A stretch of 64,000 nucleotides of DNA from Thermoplasmatales archaeon (GCA_027310185.1 DAIDBH010000014.1:128001-192000), one strand, 5' to 3'. Counted from the first letter of the stretch, positions 21,822 to 32,394 are shown. Made by a program: numbers and translations. Notes: generated from the letters alone by a model not told the origin.

Positions 21822-21855
21822 TTTTTTAAGTTGGACTGTATAAGCGAGTAAATAA

Positions 21856-22521
21856 ATGAGTTCCATAATTTCTGGTTTGATTGAGTACATAATTAATTTG
21901 GTTATATACGTGATTCAGGTATCAAATTACCCCGGTATATTCTTCCTGATGTTTCTGGAAGGTCTGTTGCTACCTGTACCCTCAGAGGTTGTCATGGCAT
22001 TTTCCGGTTACCTGGCCCTCTCAAATCAATTGCCGGTATATCTAAGCATACCTTCATATTTGCTTGTACTTATTGCTGGAACACTGGGAAATGCAGTTGG
22101 TGCAAGTGCTGCGTATGCCATTGGGCTCTATGGTGGAAGGCCAGCCATAATGCGCTTCGGCAAATACATCAGGCTTGATGAGAAATCACTTGACAGAACA
22201 GAAAAATGGTTCAGTAAATATGGAGAAATTTCTGTTTTTGTCACCAGGCTGATCCCGATTTTCAGGACATTTATATCAATACCGGCCGGCCTTGCGGAGA
22301 TGAAGTTCACCAAATTCCTTTCGTTTACTCTTCTGGGCACCGTTATTTGGGATTCAGTTCTGATATATGTTGGATATCTGCTTGGCAACGGCTGGAAAAA
22401 TATTCTGGGTCTATTCAATGATTATACATATATAGCCATAGTCCTCGCTCTAGTCGTTCTCTTCTATGTGTACAGAGTGCTGTCAAGAGGGACCTCGAAA
22501 AAGCTCACTGATAACCAATAA
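21856..22521 (+). CDS. DedA family membrane protein
   Basis: LEG...PVPSE, FSKYG...VF.TRLIP.FRTFISIPAG. Confidence 0.93.
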   Translation: MSSIISGLIEYIINLVIYVIQVSNYPGIFFLMFLEGLLLPVPSEVVMAFSGYLALSNQLPVYLSIPSYLLVLIAGTLGNAVGASAAYAIGLYGGRPAIMRFGKYIRLDEKSLDRTEKWFSKYGEISVFVTRLIPIFRTFISIPAGLAEMKFTKFLSFTLLGTVIWDSVLIYVGYLLGNGWKNILGLFNDYTYIAIVLALVVLFYVYRVLSRGTSKKLTDNQ

Positions 22522-22639
22522 CTGAATCTTTATCCTTAATTTTTTAATAGCTCCACCCTTGATTTTACGTTGTTTTTCTACATGTTTGAAATTATGGTAG
22601 TTAGTTCAAAAAACTTAAATATGTGTAAGTAATACATAG

Positions 22640-22660
22640 TTGTCAACTAATGGTTGACAA
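22640..22660. promoter_or_regulatory. Palindromic operator TTGTCAAC-N5-GTTGACAA upstream of hsp20
   Basis: Perfect 8-bp inverted repeat between the TATA-like CTTAAATA (~22614) and the GAGGT RBS. Confidence 0.75.
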
Positions 22661-22672
22661 GAGGTAATTAAA

Positions 22673-23221
22673 ATGGTTACGAGAAGAAGAAAAGACGATG
22701 ACTGGGATGACGACTTCTTCGGGGATTTCTTCGAGGATTTCGGCTTTGACTTTGATAAGGTGAACGATAGGATGAGGAGAATAATGGAAAGGATGATAAA
22801 AAATTCCGATGAGACCACGATTGGCCCCTATGTATATGGATTCAGCTATAAGGTTGGTCCAGACGGCAAGCCTTCTTTCCAGGAGTTTGGCAATATTCCT
22901 AACAGGCCCTCCCTGAGTGATAAAAGCAGTGAGCCTGAAGCAAGAGAACCACTTACAGACATCAATTACGACAAGGAGAAAGTTTACCTGACTTTTGAAC
23001 TTCCCGGGATATCCAAGGAGAACATAGACCTTAAAGTTTCAGAGAATGAGGTAACAATAAATGTTGCTGAAGGTCCAAGAAAGTATTTCAGGAATGTGCC
23101 CCTGGAAGAACCCATAAAGCCAGAGACTGCCGTTGCAAAATTCACCAATGGAATACTGGATCTGACTCTGGACCTTGCCAGGAAGGGAAACGAAAAGGGA
23201 AAATCAGTAAAGATAGAGTAA
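22673..23221 (+). CDS. hsp20: Archaeal small heat shock protein Hsp20
   Basis: GPYVYGFS, GPDGKP.FQEFGN, REPLTD, ELPGI, AKFTNGIL. Confidence 0.95.
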   Translation: MVTRRRKDDDWDDDFFGDFFEDFGFDFDKVNDRMRRIMERMIKNSDETTIGPYVYGFSYKVGPDGKPSFQEFGNIPNRPSLSDKSSEPEAREPLTDINYDKEKVYLTFELPGISKENIDLKVSENEVTINVAEGPRKYFRNVPLEEPIKPETAVAKFTNGILDLTLDLARKGNEKGKSVKIE

Positions 23222-23222
23222 G

Positions 23223-23801
23223 ATGGATGACATAGATACCCTCCTGTCCATAATGGAAAATTCAACCAGGAGGGCTATTTTAAAAAAGCTCCTTCTGGAA
23301 GAATCTTATGGCCTGGAAATAAGCAAGAGCCTTGGAATTTCGCAGCAGGCAATCAATAAGCAACTGGAGGTACTTGAACGGGCAAACCTCATATTTTCAA
23401 TGGGAGTGACTCCCAGCTCCATTGGACCGCCACGAAAGGTCTACAGGCCAACGGGCTTTTCTACACTTGTCATTGACTACACACCGACTTTCATCCAGGT
23501 TTCAAAATTTGACCTGACGGAAAAAAATGAACATGAGAACCATGAAGGGATTTCCATAGAAAGAATCAGGGAGTTGAATGAAAAGATGGATGCCCTTATG
23601 AAAGAGAGGCAGGGTCTTGTTGAGGAAAAGAATTACATAATTCAGACATTGAGAAAAAATGTTGTGGAGCGGGTAAAGGAAGGATTCATCAGGCAGATAT
23701 TAATGGAATACCTGGAAACACTGAACGAGGACGAGGTTTCTAGAACCACGGGCATCCCGGTTGAGATAATCAGGAAGATTGTCGATGACTTCCTGGGATG
23801 A
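23223..23801 (+). CDS. ArsR-type heat-shock regulator (HSR1/Phr-like)
   Basis: ENSTRRAIL, ISQQAINKQL, GPPRKVY, coiled-coil C-terminal part; coupled to hsp20. Confidence 0.8.
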   Translation: MDDIDTLLSIMENSTRRAILKKLLLEESYGLEISKSLGISQQAINKQLEVLERANLIFSMGVTPSSIGPPRKVYRPTGFSTLVIDYTPTFIQVSKFDLTEKNEHENHEGISIERIRELNEKMDALMKERQGLVEEKNYIIQTLRKNVVERVKEGFIRQILMEYLETLNEDEVSRTTGIPVEIIRKIVDDFLG

Positions 23802-23805
23802 TTGC

Positions 23806-24774
23806 TTATTTTTTTATCATTCTTGTGAAGTACCTTGTTAGTGATTTATGCACTTTCTGAGGTAATATTATATCTATATCAAAGAAATTTCTGAAATAAT
23901 CAAGATTTTCCGTATTATCTGTAACGATACATGCCCTGCTTCCCCTTTGTAATAAATTTGACATCTTTTGGGCAGCCCTGAAATAGAATTCGGATCTTTC
24001 TAATGAAATGTGAGAGTTCTTCCCATATGGGAAATCTGTTACTATGCCGTCAAACTTCCTGTCAGATTGAAACTCCAGAAAATCTGTCTTAATTATGCTG
24101 AAGCCCCTGATTCCAAAATACTTCAGGTTCATTCTGGCTCCGATTACCATCTCGTTGAGGATATCTATGCCTTCTACCCTGTATCCCTTCAGACCTGCTT
24201 CCATAAGAATTCCCCCACCGCCGCAGAATGGATCTAGCAGTGTGGAACCATCCGGGAAATAACCAATATTAATGAGGAAAGATGCAAAGGCTGGATCCAT
24301 AGATACCGGAGAGAAAAATGGTCTCAGGGGAGCCTTTCTTTTGGTCTTTTCAATGTTGTTTCTTGAGTACTTCTGTGCGCATATGTACCATTTATCCAGA
24401 TGATAGGCAAGGACCACGAAATCAGGAGCTGAAAAAGATACACGTCCCGTTCCGCCAAGTAGTTGCCCTATTTCTCTCTCCTCTGATGTTCCATGGCATT
24501 TATGTGCGTCAATGATCCTGACATAAAATTTACCTTCAGGTAGTAAAACATCAGAAATATCTGAAAACTGTTCTGCAGTGCCTAAAACTTCTCCTGCCCT
24601 CTTCACGAAGGCAAGTCCATCCAGATCATGAAAACCATTTGCAATAAATATGCCCTGACCCATATCTCTTATTGAAATGGATGATGCTCTTTCAAATGTA
24701 CATAAAAGTTCTTCCCTGGCAAAACTGTATCGCCCTATCTCTGTCTCTATAATTAAAAAATTATTTGATTCCAA
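23806..24774 (-). CDS. tRNA (guanine(10)-N2)-dimethyltransferase-like (Trm11/TrmG10)
   Basis: RPFFSPVSMDP, LLDPFCGGGGIL.EA, VTDFPYG, VHKSLTR. Confidence 0.85.
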   Translation of the reverse strand: MESNNFLIIETEIGRYSFAREELLCTFERASSISIRDMGQGIFIANGFHDLDGLAFVKRAGEVLGTAEQFSDISDVLLPEGKFYVRIIDAHKCHGTSEEREIGQLLGGTGRVSFSAPDFVVLAYHLDKWYICAQKYSRNNIEKTKRKAPLRPFFSPVSMDPAFASFLINIGYFPDGSTLLDPFCGGGGILMEAGLKGYRVEGIDILNEMVIGARMNLKYFGIRGFSIIKTDFLEFQSDRKFDGIVTDFPYGKNSHISLERSEFYFRAAQKMSNLLQRGSRACIVTDNTENLDYFRNFFDIDIILPQKVHKSLTRYFTRMIKK

Positions 24775-24789
24775 CCTGGAACCACTGAC

Positions 24790-25137
24790 TTAGTTATCGC
24801 TTGGTTTATTCTTGTTCAGTTCTGGTACTCCTATTTGGGAATCATCATTTTTCTTAAGTTCCTTATTTAATTCATTGGAAAGATTTTCAAAAACCTTGCT
24901 TAATCTCTTAATCGATCTTTTAACCGCGGCTTGCGGCTTTCCAGATTTCACCTTAACATACACTCTAGGATTATCTATTACAGGGTGTTTTATGTAATAT
25001 CTTGATTCTGTAACCTGTTCATCTTTTTGAATTTCCTCAACAAGAGGTCTTAGTAGTGTATTGTCATAGTTCATTATTTCAAATGTTATTGAATCTTTCT
25101 GCTTTTCAACAATACTTATTTTGCTTTCCATCGACAT
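24790..25137 (-). CDS. rpoL: DNA-directed RNA polymerase subunit L (Rpo11)
   Basis: FEI.NYDNTL, YYIKHPVIDNP. Confidence 0.9.
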   Translation of the reverse strand: MSMESKISIVEKQKDSITFEIMNYDNTLLRPLVEEIQKDEQVTESRYYIKHPVIDNPRVYVKVKSGKPQAAVKRSIKRLSKVFENLSNELNKELKKNDDSQIGVPELNKNKPSDN

Positions 25138-25190
25138 GATATTAAAAACGCCGTATTAAAAATTAGCATTTGCTTATTACTATAAGTAGA

Positions 25191-26081
25191 TTAATTTTTT
25201 GGTTTATTCTTTATTTCCCAATAAGAGTCTTCGACCTCAGTGTTTATTCTGTCCATGTATCCATTTAGGTTCATAATTTCCTCTAACTGAATGATGAACG
25301 ATATTGTGTTTGTTGTTCCATTTTTCTGGGTGAAATAGCTGTTTATTTCATCAATCTTAAGATCCGCCATAAGTTTCTCTTTTTTTTGCGTAAAATTAGC
25401 AATAACCTCCCGGGCATTCACATCAGCGGGAATTACTGAATTGAACTCGTATTTTACCTTTCTTCCTTCATTAAGCTTGGTGAATATTGAACTTCCAAAA
25501 AGGATGGTGTTGGGAATGAGTACACTCCTTGAATTTGTCAATTTCACTCTGGTGTAGAGGGTCTTTACGTCTTCCACTTTTCCGGTTAATGTTTCAGGGA
25601 ACATCCAGGAAAATATGGAGATGGATTCATCTGGCTTTAGGAACCCGCCTGCAGTTACCAGCAGTCCTGAGAGAAGACTGGAAACAACGGACTGCACTGC
25701 AAAACCTATTACAACACCACCAATTGCTCCACCAACCAGCGCTCCTTCAAGATTAACCCCCGCATAGATGAGGAATACAGTTATTGCCAGTGCATAAATC
25801 AGTATACGTAAAATGATATAGATGCCGTTGAGGTTCCTTTCACCGTTGCTTCTTAATGTGAGTTGATTGAGTAATTTTCTTGTGATCCTCAGTAAAATAA
25901 ATGCTACTATGATTATTATCAGTGCTACAAAAGCATCCTTTACGTAGATGTCATATTTGTCGGGTATGTTCAAGAAATTAGCTATTGTAAGGTAAAAATA
26001 TTCGAATGTATATACTATAATCACTGCTATTACTATGGAAATAACTGATTTGGTCAGTGACCTTCTTTCCTGGGAATTCAC
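25191..26081 (-). CDS. Small-conductance mechanosensitive channel (MscS family)
   Basis: GVVIGFAVQSVVSSLLSG, G.VEDV..LYT, IPNT. Confidence 0.9.
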   Translation of the reverse strand: MNSQERRSLTKSVISIVIAVIIVYTFEYFYLTIANFLNIPDKYDIYVKDAFVALIIIIVAFILLRITRKLLNQLTLRSNGERNLNGIYIILRILIYALAITVFLIYAGVNLEGALVGGAIGGVVIGFAVQSVVSSLLSGLLVTAGGFLKPDESISIFSWMFPETLTGKVEDVKTLYTRVKLTNSRSVLIPNTILFGSSIFTKLNEGRKVKYEFNSVIPADVNAREVIANFTQKKEKLMADLKIDEINSYFTQKNGTTNTISFIIQLEEIMNLNGYMDRINTEVEDSYWEIKNKPKN

Positions 26082-26154
26082 ATTACTTTAAATTTGTCTT
26101 TATAGATAGTCTTTTTTGATCTTTTTCCCTTTTTCATCCAATTTTCATGATTTC

Positions 26155-26856
26155 CTATTGACCCAGAAACTTCATGGCAAATCTTAGTAAAAATGGTAAC
26201 TTTCTCCTCATGGTTACCGGATCAGACGTTTCTCCCATATCATTTTTTATAGACTCGATGATCTTCCTGTAACTGTCTACACGATCTATGAGATTCAATT
26301 TCTCCGCTTCTTTTGCGGCGTAAATTCCGCTGTTGCCAACCTCAACTATTTGTTCGTCTGTGAGGTGCCTCCTCTCTTTTACTATTTCCAGGAAGAAATC
26401 ATATATCTCTGATAAAATTGCATTCTGCCTTAGTAGATCTTCTTCAGTAGATTTCTGAAACGGGTTCATTGATGCTTTCTCCTTTCCCATGCTGAGCACA
26501 TTTACCTTCACACCTATTTTGCCAAGGAGTTCGCTCACGTCCGGTGACATTGATATCACTCCCACGGATCCAACCAATCCGGTGTGAATAGAGTATATCT
26601 TTCGTGTTGCGCATGCAATCATATATGCTCCTGATGCCGCTGTCCCCGTAACCATTGAAAAGACAGGCTTACTTTCATTAAGATGGCTAACAGCTTCGTA
26701 GATGAGTTCAGATGCACTTGCACTCCCACCCCCAGAGTTTATGTCGAGTATCACTCCTTTTATTTTTTTATTTCTAAGAGAAGTTTCTAGCTGGGGTTTT
26801 ATTGTACTAAAGGTATTTTCTCCGATGTTTCCATGTAAATTTATGGTTATGATCAT
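26155..26856 (-). CDS. Signal peptide peptidase SppA (S49)
   Basis: INSGGGS, AASGAYMIA, GSVGV. Confidence 0.92.
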   Translation of the reverse strand: MIITINLHGNIGENTFSTIKPQLETSLRNKKIKGVILDINSGGGSASASELIYEAVSHLNESKPVFSMVTGTAASGAYMIACATRKIYSIHTGLVGSVGVISMSPDVSELLGKIGVKVNVLSMGKEKASMNPFQKSTEEDLLRQNAILSEIYDFFLEIVKERRHLTDEQIVEVGNSGIYAAKEAEKLNLIDRVDSYRKIIESIKNDMGETSDPVTMRRKLPFLLRFAMKFLGQ

Positions 26857-27060
26857 CCTATAATGATCGGTATTACACTATTAATATTCTCTTGATGCAA
26901 AGCTTAAAAAATATTAATCCTGGAAAATAAGAGATCTTTTTCATTTTATCTCAAAGAAAATCCTAAATTTTCTTAAATAATTGAGGCAAGTAATTCTAAA
27001 AATTATAATACAAAGAAATTATTTCTAACCGTAGAACAGATTAATATAATAGGTGATTAA

Positions 27061-28206
27061 ATGAAAATTCCTGATAGAGTTGTGATTCTTGGTGACAAGG
27101 AATCAGCCGTAATGGCTGCAAATAAGCTTGCAAATCGGACAAACAAGAAAGAAATCGAAATAATAGTAATTGGAAAACAGGTTAATGTTGAATTCAGCGA
27201 TTCCAACATATTCGTTCCATCCTCTCTTGTTGATCACCACTTGCTGAAGAGAAGCATGAATTCAATGTTACATACTAATATTGAGTATATTCAGGATGAC
27301 ATCGTCTCACTGAACTTAAAGGATAAAAGCTTGAATACACGAGGCGGAAAGGTTGTGAGATACGATTATCTTCTTATTACTAATCCGGTGGAAGGGGACC
27401 ACACCACCATTACCGGTTTTTCAGAAGATGCGAGAACACTTGACACAATTCAGGATTCACTGAGACTGAAAGAAGATCTCCAGAACATAAAGAGTGGAGA
27501 GATCGTTATTTACCAGGACGGGTCGCATTCCAGGAGTCCACTTATAGGGGCAAACCTGTGCGTATTGCTCGCAAGTCATTTCAGAAGGAATGGAACAGAT
27601 AAAAACATGAAGATAACCTATCTTAATTCATCCAAAACAATTATAGAAAGTAAGAGTTTTCATGCAAAGGTTGATCAGGTCCTTCAAGAGAATGGGATTA
27701 AAACGGTTTACGGATTCAAACTGGATCAGCTTAATGTGAAAAATAAGGAGCTTCAAACGAGCGATGGCACTGCTGTGAAATATGATGTTCCGGTTATATT
27801 TGCACCTTCCAGGATGAAGGAGTATCTTGCTGGTGCTGGTTTTCCGAAGACCGATAGCTCACTTATAGAGCTAAACTTCAAAAATCTCAATGTGAAGAAC
27901 TTTCCTGAGGTCTATGTATCATCAATGGAACCATTGTACATATCAAACTACTGGAATATAAACCACGTCGAGCTGGATTATATTACAGCTAAAATTGCAC
28001 ACCATATCAGTGGCTATCCAGACCCTGAAGACTATAAGGGTGCAACATATATAGATTACCTGATAACCGAGGAGGAGAGGGCTACGAATATAGTAATTGA
28101 CTACAATGGAGAATATAGTGAGGGAAAGCAGAGCAAGACAGATTACCTGCTGAAGTTATACTCCTACCATTCGTTCTTTGGTAGTTATTCACAGGGATTT
28201 TTGTGA
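27061..28206 (+). CDS. Sulfide:quinone oxidoreductase-like protein with degenerate motifs
   Basis: Overall SQR layout (RVVILG, ANKL, YDYLLI, YD.PV.F.P, NFPEVY), but it lacks GxGxxG and the CPxAP cysteine. Confidence 0.7.
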   Translation: MKIPDRVVILGDKESAVMAANKLANRTNKKEIEIIVIGKQVNVEFSDSNIFVPSSLVDHHLLKRSMNSMLHTNIEYIQDDIVSLNLKDKSLNTRGGKVVRYDYLLITNPVEGDHTTITGFSEDARTLDTIQDSLRLKEDLQNIKSGEIVIYQDGSHSRSPLIGANLCVLLASHFRRNGTDKNMKITYLNSSKTIIESKSFHAKVDQVLQENGIKTVYGFKLDQLNVKNKELQTSDGTAVKYDVPVIFAPSRMKEYLAGAGFPKTDSSLIELNFKNLNVKNFPEVYVSSMEPLYISNYWNINHVELDYITAKIAHHISGYPDPEDYKGATYIDYLITEEERATNIVIDYNGEYSEGKQSKTDYLLKLYSYHSFFGSYSQGFL

Positions 28207-28216
28207 GGTGTTAAAC

Positions 28217-28690
28217 ATGGAAAATGAAAAAAATGAAAAGGATCAGGTTGAAATTGCACTGTCAGAATTAATGGGTGATGACCAGACATTGCTTGGAGTT
28301 CTTAATCTTGTTAAGATGTTCAAAGACTCCGGCAACCTGGAGGTACTGGAGAAGTTGCTGACAGAGAATATGCCAGGTAATACAAAGGCTTATACATCTC
28401 TCATAGACAAGAGGGAACTTCATATGGGTGGTATTTCCCTTGTGAACAGTCTTCTAGCTCTTATGGCCTCAGTATCAGGTAAAACGTCACAATCCGTACT
28501 CAACGTATTGATGTATAACAGCGAAGATATATGGGACTCAATGATTGATGGTGCAAAACAGCCAGAAAATTTCTCTCTGCTCAGATTAATGGGCATGCTT
28601 AAGGATCCTGAGGTTGCGGCAGGATTGAGTGCTGTGATGAATGCCCTCAAGACATTGGGGTCACTCCTGAAGAAGGTAGACACTGAATGA
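28217..28690 (+). CDS. DUF1641 family protein
   Basis: C-terminal LLRLMGMLKDPEVAAGL...LKTLG; GAGGTG RBS before ATG 28217. Confidence 0.85.
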   Translation: MENEKNEKDQVEIALSELMGDDQTLLGVLNLVKMFKDSGNLEVLEKLLTENMPGNTKAYTSLIDKRELHMGGISLVNSLLALMASVSGKTSQSVLNVLMYNSEDIWDSMIDGAKQPENFSLLRLMGMLKDPEVAAGLSAVMNALKTLGSLLKKVDTE

Positions 28691-29136
28691 CCCTGTCCGT
28701 ATCTTTCCATTATGACAAAGATGTTGGATTCAGAAGTGATTCCAGTGATATGGAAACAGTATACCTCAGAGATCCCATAATAAATAACCAGAAGATTTAT
28801 TCTCCAACTGAAACCATGCTTTTTGCAATGTCCGGGTGCTCCTCGTATGATGTGCTCCTGATAATTTCCAGAATGAGGAAGGAAATAAAGAACTACGGAA
28901 TGGAAGTGGAAGCAGAGCGGGAGACAGAAGAACCTAAAGTTCTTAAGAGTGCTCACTTCATATATACAATAGATGCAGATATAACAGAAGAACAGGCTCT
29001 GAGAGCTATCAATTTGTCCCTTGAGAAATATTGCAGCGTTACCATACTTGCAAGGAGAGGAGGAGTTGACGTGACTTACTCACTTGTCCTGAATGGAAAG
29101 AAAGTATGCGAGAAACAGGAACCCAAATTAGACTAG
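28687..29136 (+). CDS. OsmC family protein
   Basis: SPTETML.AMSGCS, LSLEKYCSV. Confidence 0.9.
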   Translation: MTLSVSFHYDKDVGFRSDSSDMETVYLRDPIINNQKIYSPTETMLFAMSGCSSYDVLLIISRMRKEIKNYGMEVEAERETEEPKVLKSAHFIYTIDADITEEQALRAINLSLEKYCSVTILARRGGVDVTYSLVLNGKKVCEKQEPKLD

Positions 29137-30152
29137 ATATTTTTAATTCCGTGTCCAGTAAGTATTAGAAGGGAATTTTTTCCCAAATTGAATTTCTTCA
29201 TTGTGGCATACGTTATGGCTGAACTGTATTCACAGTCTATGCCAAGGTTTAGGAGAGATTGTTTTGCCCTGATAATTTCATCTTCTGCCAGTACCTCGCA
29301 TCTACCATATGTTTTGATTACGGAATTCAAAAGGGAATACCTGAGTGGTACGATCCCAGTCAGGGCATCAGCAACTGATGGTTCAGGTTCCCTGTTGATA
29401 TTATTCATTTTGTTGAACATCCCACTGGCTATTTCTGGTTGAATAGCCCATAAAGTTGGAATGGAATCTATAAGTCCATTCTGGAGCAGATGTGAAAATC
29501 CCTCAAAAATTCCCAGGTATAAGGTTCCTGTTGAGAATGGAATGAGTATATTTTCTGGAAGATGATCCATCTGTTCGAATATTTCGTATGCAATTACCCT
29601 GAACCCATCGTAAAATTCAGGCCAGTACTGATGACCAAGATATATGAGTCCACTGTTTTTTGCGCTATTTTCAACATCCTTTCTTGATCCATTTATTCTC
29701 TCGATCCTGGACCCATATCCCTGGATCTGCCTAATCTTATTAGGATTGGCTGAAACCGATGTGTAGACTGTTGCCTTAAGATTTAACATTTGAGAAAACA
29801 TTGCAAAAGATGCCCCGGCATTGCCTGACGAATCCTCACTAACTTCATCCCCCTTCTTGAGGAATTTTTTCTCGCTTAAGAATGAAAATAGAGTATTCAT
29901 TCCTCTATCCTTGTACGAAAGTGTGGGGTTGTAAAATTCAAGCTTAGCCATAAATTCTGGGGTCTCAATTACTGGTGTCTTCGAACTTAGGGGAATGAGA
30001 GGGTGCTCAAAATAATCAAAGTTACCATCCATATTTTTTTCGTATGGTCCAGATACCTTTATAATGAACGGCGAGCCGCAGGAATTACATACAAGTTCAT
30101 AATTTTCCCTTGATGCACCACACTTACTACAAAAAACCTTTGTTAAAACCAT
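29133..30152 (-). CDS. Threonine synthase-like PLP-dependent enzyme
   Basis: N-terminal zinc ribbon, NPTLSYKDRG, DSSGNAGAS, LILTGHG. Confidence 0.85.
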   Translation of the reverse strand: MVLTKVFCSKCGASRENYELVCNSCGSPFIIKVSGPYEKNMDGNFDYFEHPLIPLSSKTPVIETPEFMAKLEFYNPTLSYKDRGMNTLFSFLSEKKFLKKGDEVSEDSSGNAGASFAMFSQMLNLKATVYTSVSANPNKIRQIQGYGSRIERINGSRKDVENSAKNSGLIYLGHQYWPEFYDGFRVIAYEIFEQMDHLPENILIPFSTGTLYLGIFEGFSHLLQNGLIDSIPTLWAIQPEIASGMFNKMNNINREPEPSVADALTGIVPLRYSLLNSVIKTYGRCEVLAEDEIIRAKQSLLNLGIDCEYSSAITYATMKKFNLGKNSLLILTGHGIKNI

Positions 30153-30192
30153 AGGGGTACATGATAAGTAATTTTAAAAATTTATATAAAAA

Positions 30193-32394
30193 TTAGAGGG
30201 AAGAGTAGTAATCTTCGTTGTATGGTTCTGGTTTCAGTCCCTTCCTTGTTCTGATCTTTGCAACAACTTCCTTCTGTATTTCTGGAGGTACCTTCTGATA
30301 ACCTGAGTTCTCTGAGCTCCAGAGAACTTTACCACCAGTGGCACTCCTGATAGCAGATGCAAAACCAAACATTCCGGAAACTGGAACTCTGGCAACGATT
30401 ACTATATCATCGCCTTCAATGTTCATTTCATCAACGACTCCTCTTCTCTGCTGGATTTCGTTTGTGACTGATCCCATTATGTCCTGTGGTACATTTATGT
30501 AAACTTTCTGGATGGGCTCCATCAATACCCTTCTGGCCTGGCATATTGCTCCGTAAAGTGAGTTCCTACCTGCTGGGATTACCTGTGCAGGGCCTCTATG
30601 GATACTGTCCTCGTGGAGCTTTGCATCAACCAGAGATGCTTTTATGTGCGTCATTCCTTCGTTTGCCAGAGGTCCTCTTTCTACAACCTCCTTGAATGAT
30701 TCCAGCAGGAGCTCCATAGTTTCGTCAAGATACTGGATTCCTTTTGTCACATCAAACATTACATTTTCTCCCATAACTGCGGTTATTCCCCTTGCAGTAT
30801 CTCTGTCAATTCCGGCATTCTGCAACTGTTCTATCGTGGTTCTCTTATCCTTGAACTTTGACCCCTGTGGCAAAACTCCATCCTTAATTAACTGAACTAC
30901 ACTCTCTTCTAATGGTTCCACCTTGAAGTAGAACTTATTGTGTTTATTTGGAGATTTACCTTCAAAAGGACCGCCAGTTCTTTCTACTGTTTCCCTGTAT
31001 ACAACTATTGGATCGGATGTTGTAACCTCGATCTTATAATCGTTCTTGATTCTGTAAAGCGTAACTTCAAGATGCAATTCACCCATTCCAGAAATAAGAT
31101 GTTCACCTGTTTCCTGGTTTATATTGATCTGTATGGAAGGATCAGCTTTTGAAACTGTTTTAAGTACATCAATTAATTTTGGCAGATCTGAGGTATGTTT
31201 TGCTTCAATTGCAAGTGTAACCACTGGATCGGTATAATGCGTCATCGGTTCAAAGGGTTCCATATCTACAACAGCTGAAACAGTTGAGCCTGCTATGGCG
31301 CTCTTAAGACCTATGACCGCTGCAATGTTCCCTGCTGGGATTGTGTCTACCTGGATCCTGTCTGGACCAACCATCATTGCAATTGTCTGAATCTTGAATT
31401 TCCCTGAGGCACTGCTTATGTATAATTCCTGCCCCTTGGTTAGACTACCGCTGAAAACTCTTCCGACTGCGATTTCACCTGCATGCGGATCTACGATAAT
31501 TTTTGTAATCATCATTGCTAGTGGACCTTTGGTATCACATACCATCATTGATTTACCAACCTGCGACTCAAGGTCTCCATGCCAAACGTTGGGTATCCTG
31601 TAATGTTGGGCCTGCTTAGGATCTGGCAAATGATGAACCACCATGTTTAAAATGATCTTATGCAACGGAGCTTTTTTAGCAAGTTCTTTCTGCTTGCCTT
31701 CCCTCACCATATTTACAATGTCATTGAAGTTAACGTTGAAAACTTTCATTGCGGGCACAGAAATTGCCCAGTTATTATATGCTGATCCGAATGATACTTT
31801 ACCATCCTGAACGCTGAGTTCCCAGTCCTTCTTGAAGTTCTCAGGTGCGTATTTCGAAATTAATTTATTAACATCATTAATTATTTTTATGAACTTCTTC
31901 TGCATTTCTTCTGAATTTAACTTTAATTCGTTGATCAATCTATCAACTTTGTTTATGAACATCGTTGGTTTAACATATTCTCTTAATGCCTGTCTTATTA
32001 CAGTTTCAGTCTGTGGCATCACGCCCTCCACAGAATCAACAACGATAATACAGCCATCTACAGCCCTCATTGCTCTTGTAACGTCCCCACCAAAATCAAC
32101 ATGTCCTGGGGTATCGATCAGGTTGATCAAATAATCCTTACCATCTACCTGATGAACCATTGAAGCATTTGCTGCATTTATTGTAATTCCTCTTGCCTGT
32201 TCCTGCTCATCATAATCCAGCATCAACTGCTTTCCAGCAAGATCCTCACTCATCATTCCTGCTCCAGCAATCAGATTATCACTGAGTGTTGTTTTACCAT
32301 GATCTATATGTGCAGCTATATCTATATTTCTTATACTTTCTGCCTTATTAACTAATGTTGCAGCCTTTGCAATATTATCTTCTTTTCGACCCAT
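30193..32394 (-). CDS. fusA: Elongation factor EF-2
   Basis: AHIDHGKTT, RGITI, DTPGH, NKVD, diphthamide loop LHEDSIHRG. Confidence 0.98.
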   Translation of the reverse strand: MGRKEDNIAKAATLVNKAESIRNIDIAAHIDHGKTTLSDNLIAGAGMMSEDLAGKQLMLDYDEQEQARGITINAANASMVHQVDGKDYLINLIDTPGHVDFGGDVTRAMRAVDGCIIVVDSVEGVMPQTETVIRQALREYVKPTMFINKVDRLINELKLNSEEMQKKFIKIINDVNKLISKYAPENFKKDWELSVQDGKVSFGSAYNNWAISVPAMKVFNVNFNDIVNMVREGKQKELAKKAPLHKIILNMVVHHLPDPKQAQHYRIPNVWHGDLESQVGKSMMVCDTKGPLAMMITKIIVDPHAGEIAVGRVFSGSLTKGQELYISSASGKFKIQTIAMMVGPDRIQVDTIPAGNIAAVIGLKSAIAGSTVSAVVDMEPFEPMTHYTDPVVTLAIEAKHTSDLPKLIDVLKTVSKADPSIQININQETGEHLISGMGELHLEVTLYRIKNDYKIEVTTSDPIVVYRETVERTGGPFEGKSPNKHNKFYFKVEPLEESVVQLIKDGVLPQGSKFKDKRTTIEQLQNAGIDRDTARGITAVMGENVMFDVTKGIQYLDETMELLLESFKEVVERGPLANEGMTHIKASLVDAKLHEDSIHRGPAQVIPAGRNSLYGAICQARRVLMEPIQKVYINVPQDIMGSVTNEIQQRRGVVDEMNIEGDDIVIVARVPVSGMFGFASAIRSATGGKVLWSSENSGYQKVPPEIQKEVVAKIRTRKGLKPEPYNEDYYSSL

